From contig DAOUJA010000017.1 in the NCBI GenBank assembly GCA_034423175.1, forward strand, positions 20,638 to 84,637: a DNA stretch of 64,000 nt, given 5' to 3'. How positions within the stretch are numbered: the stretch's first letter is position 1; every line of letters begins with the position of its first letter. This document shows, piece by piece, positions 1 through 7,837 of the stretch. Below the pieces are notes generated by a model. That model was not told where the DNA came from. It searched no databases and saw nothing but the letters and a program-made list of their open reading frames with translations. Made by a program: the position numbers and the translations under genes. Origin of the DNA: Dehalococcoidia bacterium (lineage in GTDB: Bacteria; Chloroflexota; Dehalococcoidia; Lucifugimonadales; Australimonadaceae).

Positions 1-825
1 GGCGGCGACTGGCGCGACGCGCTCCCCGCGGCAGCGGCGCTGGAACTCGTCCACAACTTCTCGCTCGTCCACGACGACATCCAGGACGGCGATGAGACCC
101 GGCGCGGGACGCCCACGCTGTGGCGCATCCACGGCGTACCGGCTGCGCTCACCGCGGGCAACGCCATGCGCGTCGTCGCGGACCGGACGGCCGACAGGCT
201 CAACGCCGGAGGGGCAACGCCGGAGGTCGCACAGGGCACCATCGCGGAACTCACCCGGAGATACCTGGAGATGATCGAGGGGCAGTACCTGGACCTCTCC
301 TTCGAGGCCGCCGAGCACGTCTCGGTCTCAGACTACCTGGACATGATCGGGCGGAAGACGGGCGCGCTGATCGAGAGCGCGATGCACATGGGGGCGTTGG
401 TGGCGACGGGCGACGAGGCCACGGCGCGCGGGTTCGGGGAGTGCGGGAAGCGGCTCGGCCTCGCCTTCCAGGTGCGGGACGACTACCTGGGCGTCTGGGG
501 CGACCCGGCGTTCACCGGCAAGCCGGTGGGGGCGGACATCCGCAGGAAGAAGAAGTCTCTTCCGGCGGTCTACCTGTTCGACAATGCGCCGGACGACGAG
601 CGTCCGTGGCTGGAAGAGACGTACCGCGCCGACGAGATAGAGGGAGAGCGGCTGGACGGCGTCATGGCGATGCTCGAACGCCTCGGCGGCGGTCCGTACG
701 TGCAGCGCATCGCCGAGGAACAGGCGCAGCTGGCGGTCGTCGCGGTGGACGCGCTCGACATTCCGGCCGAGTCCAAGCAGCTCCTGACCTCGGTGGCCGA
801 GTTCTTCGTCAAGCGGGACATGTAG
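1..825 (+). CDS. polyprenyl diphosphate synthase (trans-prenyltransferase family), 5' end cut by window edge
   Basis: Frame 1 is open from base 1. Translation shows both Asp-rich motifs (LVHDDIQDGD near the start, FQVRDDYLGVWG later) and KPVGADIRRKKKSLP. Confidence 0.85.
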   Translation, partial: GGDWRDALPAAAALELVHNFSLVHDDIQDGDETRRGTPTLWRIHGVPAALTAGNAMRVVADRTADRLNAGGATPEVAQGTIAELTRRYLEMIEGQYLDLSFEAAEHVSVSDYLDMIGRKTGALIESAMHMGALVATGDEATARGFGECGKRLGLAFQVRDDYLGVWGDPAFTGKPVGADIRRKKKSLPAVYLFDNAPDDERPWLEETYRADEIEGERLDGVMAMLERLGGGPYVQRIAEEQAQLAVVAVDALDIPAESKQLLTSVAEFFVKRDM

Positions 826-890
826 GGACGGCGCAGGCGGGAAGCATCCTTCGCACCACCGGCCCTCAGGAGCAACCGGAGGAGAGAGTA

Positions 891-1127
891 TTGAGCATCG
901 GACCCTCCGTCGCCACCAGGATCATTCGCATCACGCAAGCAATCACCCGTCTGCTAGCCATAGTTTCCCAAGAGGTTGTTGGACGGAGTCGCAGTTGCTA
1001 CGTCGACCCGCCGCCGTGTCCTGTGTGCGGGGCTCCGATCACCCGCATGACGCCAGACCACATCATCTGCTCCCGCTGTGGGCGCGGCGTGTTCCTATCC
1101 CCCGTACACAGGAGAGATAACCCATGA
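891..1127 (+). CDS. possible small zinc-ribbon protein (78 aa, TTG start)
   Basis: GGAGGAGAG lies 4-8 nt upstream of the TTG at 891. The product contains CPVC...CSRC. The stop overlaps an ATG at 1124 (ATGA). No homology is recognised. Confidence 0.3.
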   Translation: MSIGPSVATRIIRITQAITRLLAIVSQEVVGRSRSCYVDPPPCPVCGAPITRMTPDHIICSRCGRGVFLSPVHRRDNP

Positions 1128-1285
1128 CCGAAATCAGAGACCCCACGGTCATTCTGCACCAGCCGTTCGCCTCGCTCTTGGCGGATCGGCACGAGACATA
1201 GAGGCGGTTACTGTTCGGAATTCGTGCGCTCGGTCTCACGCGGCGGAACCCTCGTCGCGTGCCCTCACCCAGCCCTCTTCTGCCA

Positions 1286-1377
1286 CCGCGTGCACTGACC
1301 GCGCACCCTAGATTCCCACCTGTGCGGGAATGACGGACCGTCGGTGGGGGTGCCTCTTCGTAAGAACGACGAGGCAC
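1286..1377. repeat. dispersed hairpin repeat, family 1 (core GATTCCCNCCNGTGCGGGAATGACGGACCG), copy a
   Basis: Near-identical core to copies at 5601-5690 and 28908-28969. The TTCCCG/CGGGAA stem is followed by a second hairpin, GTGCCTC...GAGGCAC. Confidence 0.65.
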
Positions 1378-1390
1378 ATGAATGGTAAAC

Positions 1391-1508
1391 CGAGCGGCGC
1401 GTCGAGACACGTGTATAGCAAAGGCCGGCAACGCGACGAGGCATGCGTGTGGTAGAGTGAGCGGCGATAGGGCACGTGTGTAGCAGGCCGAGCGGCGACA
1501 TGATGGGA
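1391..1508. repeat. degenerate tandem repeat, 3-4 units of about 33 bp (GAGCGGCG-N-CACGTGTGTAGCA)
   Basis: The units cgagcggcgcgtcgagacacgtgtatagca, ccggcaacgcgacgaggcatgcgtgtggtaga, tgagcggcgatagggcacgtgtgtagca and cgagcggcgacatgatggg were read directly. Confidence 0.5.
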
Positions 1509-1549
1509 ATCAGTCCTTGCCCGCTCGGGAACAACGAGGAGCGGAAGCA

Positions 1550-1744
1550 ATGAGCATCGACCTGGGAGCAATGACTGGCTGGCGGTCGTCGTGACGGCGG
1601 TTGCCGCCTACGTGCTGGGCGCCGTCTACTACATGGCGCTTGCGAAGCCGTGGATGGCCGCGGCGAAACTGACCCGCGAGATGATCAGTAGGGACGAGTT
1701 GTCCTGCCGTTGCAGTCCGGCGGCTGCAGGCAACCCGCCTCGAT
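1550..1744 (+). pseudogene. remnant of a DUF1761-like membrane protein gene (frameshifted near codon 7, C-terminally truncated)
   Basis: An SD-preceded ATG at 1550 gives MSIDLGA. A shifted frame then reads DWLAVVVTAVAAYVLGAVYYMALAKPWMAAAKLTREMI, which resembles DUF1761 N-termini. The ORF stops after about 58 aa. Confidence 0.35.
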
Positions 1745-1892
1745 AAGCTGAGTGTCGCGCAGATCCCGGTCTCAATAAGGTAGTCGCAACCCTGAAGCAT
1801 TGACTCTCCGTCACTCCGATGCTACGTTGATAGTCGTTGTACCAACGTCTGATCGCACCGCCACCATCGCAGGACCGCCCAAAGGACAAGGA

Positions 1893-2339
1893 ATGACGAG
1901 CACTACCGTAACCCGCCTGCGCATCGAGACGACCGGCGCCCCCGAGTTCTACGACATCACCGAGCACGTCCGATGGGCGCTCGCCGATTCCCGAGTGCGC
2001 GACGGATTGCTGTGTGTTTACTGCGCCCATACCACAGCAGCCATCGTCATCAACGAGCACGAGCCGCTGCTCATCGACGACATGAAGCGCTTCCTGCGCA
2101 ACATCGCGCCGGAAGACGCCTACTACGCCCACAACGACTTCGCCATCCGCACCGTCAACATGACGCCTGACGAGGCGCCCAACGGCCACTCGCACTGCGC
2201 GCACCTGCTCCTGCCGTCCAGCGAGACCATCCCCGTCATCGACGGCGAGCTTGCGCTGGGCACCTACCAGAGCGTGTTCATGGTCGAGCTCGACCATCCC
2301 CGGACGCGAGAGGTAATCATCAGCGTCTACGGCAGCTGA
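1893..2339 (+). CDS. yjbQ: YjbQ/UPF0047 family protein (secondary thiamine-phosphate synthase-like)
   Basis: FYDITEHV...LLCVYCAHTTAAIVINEHE...NGHSHCAHLLLPSSETIPV...LGTYQSVFMVELD. The ATG at 1893 follows AAAGGACAAGGA. Confidence 0.85.
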   Translation: MTSTTVTRLRIETTGAPEFYDITEHVRWALADSRVRDGLLCVYCAHTTAAIVINEHEPLLIDDMKRFLRNIAPEDAYYAHNDFAIRTVNMTPDEAPNGHSHCAHLLLPSSETIPVIDGELALGTYQSVFMVELDHPRTREVIISVYGS

Positions 2340-2347
2340 GGCCCCGC

Positions 2348-3286
2348 ATGGCCGTGTTCCATGCAACCGCCCAACCTCCTTCCCTGGCCGAGTCCTACGC
2401 CTACTGCGCCGACCTGGCACGCTCCCACTACGAGAACTTCACGGTCATCTCCCGGTTCACGCCCAGGAGGCACCGGTCTGCGCTGGAAGCCATCTACGCC
2501 TTCTGCCGCCATACCGACGATCTCGGCGACGAGGCCGCAGGCGACCGGCTCACGCTGCTCGACGAGTGGGACGCGGAGCTCTCCCGCGCCCTCACCCCCG
2601 CATCAAGTGCGGGGCAGGCTCCAGCCCTCTCCCAGGGGGAGAGGGGACCGGAAGGGCCCACTCACCCCATAATGGTCGCCCTTCAGGACGTCGTCAGGCG
2701 TTGCAGGATACCGGAGGAGCCGTTCCGCAAGCTGATCGAGGCGAACCGCATGGACCAGGGGTCGGGGCGCTTCGAAACGTACGGCGACGTCCTCCACTAC
2801 TGCGACCACTCCGCCAACCCGGTGGGGCGCATGGTGCTGCACGTTCTCGGTGCAGCCACCGAGGAGAACGTGCGGCTCTCCGACGCGACGTGCACCGCGC
2901 TCCAACTGGCCAACTTCTGGCAGGACGTCGCGCGCGACTATGCGATGGGCCGCATCTACATCCCACTGGAGGACATGCGGGCGTTCGGCTGCACCGAGGG
3001 ACAGATCGCGGACGGCGTCGCGGACGGAGCGTTCCGCGACCTGATGCGCTTCGAAGTCGACCGCGCCCAGGCGCTGTTCGAGGAGGGACTGCCTCTGGCG
3101 ACGCGGCTCAGCGGACGGGCCAGGCTCGCGGTCGCGCTTTTCAGCAGGGGCGGCCTGCGCGTGCTGGACGCCATCCGCAATCAGGGCTACGACGTACTGA
3201 GCAACCGACCGACCGTTACCCGATCCCGGAAGATGTGGCTCATCCTCTCAACGGCCGCCCGACTGACCGTGTTGCGACGCCCATGA
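2348..3286 (+). CDS. hpnC: squalene/phytoene synthase family, HpnC-like (hydroxysqualene synthase)
   Basis: N-terminus AESYAYCADLARSHYENFTV and AIYAFCRHTDDLGDE. It is followed by hpnD and hpnE homologs with overlapping stop/start codons. Confidence 0.8.
   Translation: MAVFHATAQPPSLAESYAYCADLARSHYENFTVISRFTPRRHRSALEAIYAFCRHTDDLGDEAAGDRLTLLDEWDAELSRALTPASSAGQAPALSQGERGPEGPTHPIMVALQDVVRRCRIPEEPFRKLIEANRMDQGSGRFETYGDVLHYCDHSANPVGRMVLHVLGAATEENVRLSDATCTALQLANFWQDVARDYAMGRIYIPLEDMRAFGCTEGQIADGVADGAFRDLMRFEVDRAQALFEEGLPLATRLSGRARLAVALFSRGGLRVLDAIRNQGYDVLSNRPTVTRSRKMWLILSTAARLTVLRRP
2581..2670. repeat. hairpin repeat family 2 (CCCTCACCCC...AGCCCTCTCCCAGGGGGAGAGGGGA) lying in-frame inside hpnC
   Basis: The nucleotide string matches the intergenic copy at 23334-23370. 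It also shares the CCCTCTCCC...GGGAGAGGG hairpin with the copies at 13061-13084 and 62386-62437. Confidence 0.6.
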
Positions 3287-4173
3287 CGACCGCGACGGAC
3301 AAGGCCGCGCTCGACGCCGCCTACGAGGAATGCCAGTCCATCACCAAGCGGGAGGCGCGCAACTTCTACTACGCCTTCCTGACCCTCCCCCACCCGCGCC
3401 GGCGCGCCATCTACGCCGCCTACGCGTTCAGCCGCCTCGCCGACGACATCGCGGACGGCGACGGCGCCCCGCCGCGGAAGCGGAGCGAGCTCGGGGCGCT
3501 GCGCGAACGCCTGCGCGACGCCTACGCCGGCCGGGCGGACGGCCCCGTCCTGACGGCGCTCGCAGACGCAGCCGCAACGTACGCCATCCCGGAGTCGCTC
3601 TTCCAGGACATCATCACCGGCGTTGAGATGGACCTGGAGCCCCGGCGTTTCGCGAGCTTCGACGAACTCCGACACTACTGCTACCACGTGGCGTCGGTCG
3701 TAGGCCTCGTCTCCATCCGCATCTTCGGCTACCGGGACGTGCCGCTGGCGCAGGAGACCGCGGTGGACTTCGGCCTCGCGATGCAGCTCACGAACATCCT
3801 GAGGGACCTGCGGGAGGACATCGAGCGCGACCGCGTCTATCTGCCTCAGAACGAGATGGCGCGCTTCGGTTATTCCGAGGACGACCTGCGGGAGGGGGTG
3901 GTCAACGACGCGTTCCGGCTCCTGATGCGCTTCCAGGCCAACCGCGCGGAACGCTACTTCGAGTCGGCCTCACGGCTGATGCCGCTCCTGGAGCCGGAGT
4001 CGCGCGGTTGTGCGGAAGGGCTGCACCACCTCTACAATCGCCTGCTGCGCAGGATGGACTCGCGCGGCTGGGACGTCTTCTCGGAGCGCGTCAGCCTGTC
4101 GTCCTGGGAGAAGCTCAAACTGACATGCAGACTGTGGACAACGGCCCGGCTCCGCAGCGTCCTGAAGCGCTGA
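3283..4173 (+). CDS. hpnD: squalene/phytoene synthase family, HpnD-like (presqualene diphosphate synthase)
   Basis: ATGA overlap with the hpnC stop. KREARNFYYAFLTLPHPRRRAIYAAYAFSRLADDIADG; second motif region NILRDLREDIERDRVYLP. Confidence 0.8.
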   Translation: MTTATDKAALDAAYEECQSITKREARNFYYAFLTLPHPRRRAIYAAYAFSRLADDIADGDGAPPRKRSELGALRERLRDAYAGRADGPVLTALADAAATYAIPESLFQDIITGVEMDLEPRRFASFDELRHYCYHVASVVGLVSIRIFGYRDVPLAQETAVDFGLAMQLTNILRDLREDIERDRVYLPQNEMARFGYSEDDLREGVVNDAFRLLMRFQANRAERYFESASRLMPLLEPESRGCAEGLHHLYNRLLRRMDSRGWDVFSERVSLSSWEKLKLTCRLWTTARLRSVLKR

Positions 4174-5516
4174 CCTCCGTCGCGGTGCTCGGAGGCGGGC
4201 TGGCGGGCATGGCCGCGGCGTGGCGGCTCGTCAACGCGGGCTACCGCGTGACGCTCGTGGAGCGCAGACCGTACCTCGGCGGCAGGGCGTACTCGTTCGT
4301 CGACCGCGAGACCGGGCAGGAGATCGACAACGGCCAGCACGTCTTCCTCGGCTGCTGCGACGCCTACCGGACGTTCCTCGACGAGATAGGCTCGCTCGAA
4401 CTGACGAGCCGCCAGAAGCGGCTGCGCGTGGAGGTGCGCGCGCCGGACGGAAGGCGGGGCGTGCTCTCCGGCCTCGCCCTGCCCGCGCCGTTCCACCTGC
4501 TGCCGTCGCTGCTGCGCTACCCTCACATCAGCATATTGGAGCGGCTCCGCGCGATACCCGCGCTCCTGCTCATATGGCTGGAGCGCAACCGCGACCGCCC
4601 CGCGCTCCGACGGCAGTCGCTCCACCGCTGGCTGCGGTCGCACTGGCAGTCGGAGCGTTCCATATCCGTGTTCTGGGACCTCATCGTCGTCCCGGCGCTG
4701 AACGACTCGGCGGAGGACGTATCCGCGAGCGCCGGGTTCATGCTGTTCCAGGAGGCGCTGCTGCGCGATCGGAACGGCGGCAACATCGGCTTCGCGAAGG
4801 CCGGACTCTCCGCCGTGATGGGCGACGCCGTGCGCGAGCGGCTCACGGCCGCGGGCGCCAGCGTGCTGCTCGACAGGACGGCGGACGCGCTCGTCGTGGA
4901 GGACGGGCGCGTCACCGGCGTCCGCTTCATGGACGGCGGGACGCTGCCCGTGGACGCCTGCGTGAGCGCTCTCCCGCCGGACGGCCTGCTCCGCCTGCTG
5001 CCGGAGGAGGTGCGGGAGCACGCGGCCTTCGCTCCCGCCGCCACGCACACGTGGTCGCCCATCGTGAACCTGCACGTCTGGTACGACCGGCAAGTCGCGG
5101 ACTTCGACTTTCTCGCGTTCGTGGACAGCCCCGTCCAGTGGGTGTTCAACCGGACGGAGATTGCGGGCCTTGAGGGTCCGGGGCAGTACATCACCGTGTC
5201 GCTCTCCGGGGCATGGGAGTTCTGGCCGATGAGCAAGGAGGCGCTCCGCGAGACGTTCATCCCGGAGCTGGCGCGTCTCTTCCCCGCCGCGAAGGACGCG
5301 GAGATCACGCGGTTCGTCATCGTGAAGGAGCAGCGGGCGACGTTCCGCTCGCTCCCGGACGGGCCGGACAACCGCCTGCCGGCCGCCACTCCCCTGCCCA
5401 ACCTGTTCCTCGCGGGCGACTGGACGGACACCGGCTGGCCTGCAACGATGGAGAGCGCCGTGCGCAGCGGCAACATCGCCGCGGAGGCGGTACAGAAACG
5501 TGAGGCATTTGCGTAA
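4125..5516 (+). CDS. hpnE: FAD-dependent amine-oxidase-like oxidoreductase, HpnE-like (hydroxysqualene dehydroxylase)
   Basis: Dinucleotide-binding N-terminus VAVLGGGLAGMAAAWRLVNAGYRVTLVERRPYLGGRAYSF and C-terminal LFLAGDWTDTGWPATMESAVRSG. The start is uncertain; the ATG at 4125 overlaps the hpnD end. Confidence 0.75.
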   Translation: MQTVDNGPAPQRPEALTSVAVLGGGLAGMAAAWRLVNAGYRVTLVERRPYLGGRAYSFVDRETGQEIDNGQHVFLGCCDAYRTFLDEIGSLELTSRQKRLRVEVRAPDGRRGVLSGLALPAPFHLLPSLLRYPHISILERLRAIPALLLIWLERNRDRPALRRQSLHRWLRSHWQSERSISVFWDLIVVPALNDSAEDVSASAGFMLFQEALLRDRNGGNIGFAKAGLSAVMGDAVRERLTAAGASVLLDRTADALVVEDGRVTGVRFMDGGTLPVDACVSALPPDGLLRLLPEEVREHAAFAPAATHTWSPIVNLHVWYDRQVADFDFLAFVDSPVQWVFNRTEIAGLEGPGQYITVSLSGAWEFWPMSKEALRETFIPELARLFPAAKDAEITRFVIVKEQRATFRSLPDGPDNRLPAATPLPNLFLAGDWTDTGWPATMESAVRSGNIAAEAVQKREAFA

Positions 5517-5600
5517 GCCATCCACCTCCCTGTCTCCGCAGGAATCGGTCAGGCCGTGTGAAGGAATGAAGAACGAGAGGCATCCCATCCCGGCCCCACA

Positions 5601-5690
5601 CCGCGTGCGCTGCCCGCGCACTCTGGATTCCCGCCGGTGCGGGAATGACGGACCGCCAGCGTGGCGCCTTCTTCACGAGAACAACGCCCC
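5601..5690. repeat. dispersed hairpin repeat, family 1, copy b
   Basis: ccgcgtgcgctgcccgcgcactctggattcccgccggtgcgggaatgacggaccg, then a gtggcgccttcttcacgagaacaacgcccc tail that parallels copy a. Confidence 0.65.
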
Positions 5691-5714
5691 TTTCTCCCCG
5701 GCGAGGGACGCTCG

Positions 5715-6737
5715 ATGAACACGCTCGTGCTTGCGCCGTTCTCCGATGACGGGCTCGGGCGCCTTGCAGCGCTGGGGCGCGTTGTGCATGAGCCGTGGAC
5801 AGAGACGCGCACGCTCTGGGACCCTGAGGAGTTGGGCGCGCGGCTGACGAGCGAGGGGTTCGACGCGCTCGCGGTCGAGGCCGACTTCCTCTTCGAGGAG
5901 CTGTTCGACGCCGCGCCCGGACTGCGCATCGCGGCCATCTGCCGCGGCGACCTCCACCATGCCGACCTCGACGCCGCGACCGAGCGCGGCATCGCCGTGG
6001 TGCGCACGCCCGCGCGGAACGCGCAGGCCGTCGCCGAGTTCGCGGTCGCACAGATGCTCGCGCTCGCCCGCCATACGAGTATCGGAGAGCGGTACGTGCG
6101 GGAGGGCCGGTGGGAGGACCCCACGGAGCCGTATGTGCGCTTCCGGGGACAGGAGTTGGCCGGGGCGACGCTGGGGATCGTCGGCTTCGGGGCCATAGGC
6201 CGCATCGTCGCGCGGATCGCCGCCGGGTTCGGCATGCGCGTCCTCGCTTACGACCCTTACGTGTCTGCGTCCGCTGCAGCGGACGTGACCGAGGGCGTTG
6301 AGATGACCGGCCTCGAAGCATTGCTCGCCGCTGCGGACTTCGTGTCGATGCACGTGCCGGACACGCCGGAGACGATGGGGATGCTGGACGAGGCGCGCAT
6401 CGCGGCGATGAAGCCGGGTGCGTACCTCGTGAACGTGACCAACTCGTCGGTGGCGGACCGGGCGGCGCTTGCGGCGGCGCTGGCCTCGGGCAGGCTCGCC
6501 GGGGCCGCGCTCGACGTGCACGAGGCGCACCCCATCCCGCCCGACTCGCCGTTCCTCGGGCTGCCGAACGTGCTGCTCACGCCCCACATCGGCGGGGCGA
6601 CGCAGGAGACGATCGAGCGGCACTCCGCGATGGTGGCCGAGGACTTCGAGCGCTTCGCGCGCGGCGAGCAGCCGCTGCGGCTGGTCAACCCGGACGTGTG
6701 GGGGCGGAGGAGGAACCCCGGCCCACGCTCAGTCTGA
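5715..6737 (+). CDS. D-isomer-specific 2-hydroxyacid dehydrogenase (PGDH-like)
   Basis: GATLGIVGFGAIGRIVARIA NAD-binding motif, MHVPDTPETMGM and LLTPHIGGATQE. Confidence 0.85.
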   Translation: MNTLVLAPFSDDGLGRLAALGRVVHEPWTETRTLWDPEELGARLTSEGFDALAVEADFLFEELFDAAPGLRIAAICRGDLHHADLDAATERGIAVVRTPARNAQAVAEFAVAQMLALARHTSIGERYVREGRWEDPTEPYVRFRGQELAGATLGIVGFGAIGRIVARIAAGFGMRVLAYDPYVSASAAADVTEGVEMTGLEALLAAADFVSMHVPDTPETMGMLDEARIAAMKPGAYLVNVTNSSVADRAALAAALASGRLAGAALDVHEAHPIPPDSPFLGLPNVLLTPHIGGATQETIERHSAMVAEDFERFARGEQPLRLVNPDVWGRRRNPGPRSV

Positions 6738-6741
6738 CCCT

Positions 6742-7419
6742 TTACTTCAGGGAAGAGGGGGACAAGGCCGGATGCAAACGATGCAAGCCATCCTCCAGTG
6801 TGTGCTGAACGGCGACGGCCCGTGCATACGACAATCCGCCCTTAGCGAGGTCGTCCAGAGCGCAGGCAAGGTCAGGGGCGAACTCCCGGACTTGGTCTGC
6901 CATCTCCGGCCGGGAGAGCGGCATGACTCCCCGCTTCAAGAGCAGGGCGCGCGCGAGGTGGCTGGCGGCGTACAGGGATTGCTCTTCGAAGGCGTCCGTG
7001 TCACCGGTCTCCAGGAGTTGCCGCGCCCATCTCAGCGACTTCCCTGCCCGCGCCACCTTGGCGGTCCAGTCCGGCGAGTGCGGGTGTCTCAGTTCGTCCG
7101 CCGCCGTCCGAGCCCACCAGCCATCGGGATCATGCAGCGCTTTGCCGTACAAGAGCGCCCAGACGGGATAATCATCGCCTTCGCCGAGCCGTTGCAGGAA
7201 ATGCGCCCTGCTCTCCTGTTGGAGATGGACCTCGATCGGGGGCCGGATGCCCAGCCGTTCTTCACCCGAGAAGACGACGAGCAGGTCGATGTCGCTCCGC
7301 CAGGTCTCGACGCCGCGAGCCGCCGACCCTATCAGGACGACTGAGGCGCGCGCGCTCAAGCCTGCCCTCTCCAGTTGCTGGAGCAGCCAGTCTCCATATT
7401 CCCTGGATCCTGTTTTCAT
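6742..7419 (-). CDS. nucleotidyltransferase-domain protein with C-terminal helical (KNTase_C/HEPN-like) region
   Basis: LIGSAARGVETWRSDIDLLVV (GS...DxD minimal NTase motif). The start overlaps the upstream gene's stop by 1 nt (TGATG on the minus strand). Confidence 0.7.
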   Translation of the reverse strand: MKTGSREYGDWLLQQLERAGLSARASVVLIGSAARGVETWRSDIDLLVVFSGEERLGIRPPIEVHLQQESRAHFLQRLGEGDDYPVWALLYGKALHDPDGWWARTAADELRHPHSPDWTAKVARAGKSLRWARQLLETGDTDAFEEQSLYAASHLARALLLKRGVMPLSRPEMADQVREFAPDLACALDDLAKGGLSYARAVAVQHTLEDGLHRLHPALSPSSLK

Positions 7420-7814
7420 CAGTCACCTGCCGAAGCGAAGAGCCCAGCCACCTCGTCGATAAAGGCCTCCAAGTCGGCGGCGAGATTCTCCAAGTCAACG
7501 TCGAGCAGATCCAAGCCGGGGAGACCGTATTGAACGTCCTTCCTGAGCTCGTTCAGCCGCTCCAGCTCGTCGCCGATGTCTCTGTGTACATGCTCGTTCA
7601 CATACAACTGACGCGCAACCGCGACCTTGTCGTAATGCACCCTTCGCCAAGGGAGGCCGAGCGCTTCAGCCGCCGCCACCACGCAGTTCTCGTAGGCATA
7701 GAAGGCCCAAGTGACGGCCTCTTCATGGTCTCCTGGGGGGAAAGCAGCGTCACTGACACGCTCCCAATGCTTGCGCGCCCTGTCAAGAGCGGCTTGCGCT
7801 TCCAAGCGTCCCAT
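7419..7814 (-). CDS. HEPN-like domain protein
   Basis: Helical 131-aa protein with AFYAYENCVVAAAEALGL and LNELRKDVQYG. It is paired and coupled with the NTase gene. Confidence 0.55.
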   Translation of the reverse strand: MGRLEAQAALDRARKHWERVSDAAFPPGDHEEAVTWAFYAYENCVVAAAEALGLPWRRVHYDKVAVARQLYVNEHVHRDIGDELERLNELRKDVQYGLPGLDLLDVDLENLAADLEAFIDEVAGLFASAGD

Positions 7815-7837
7815 AACAGCAGGTTACCACTATGCGG

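Noticed and set aside
5317-6321. 334-aa Arg/Pro-rich ORF on the minus strand
   Set aside because: It is antisense to the 2-hydroxyacid dehydrogenase and runs through a family 1 repeat. Its composition is typical of out-of-frame GC-rich translation.
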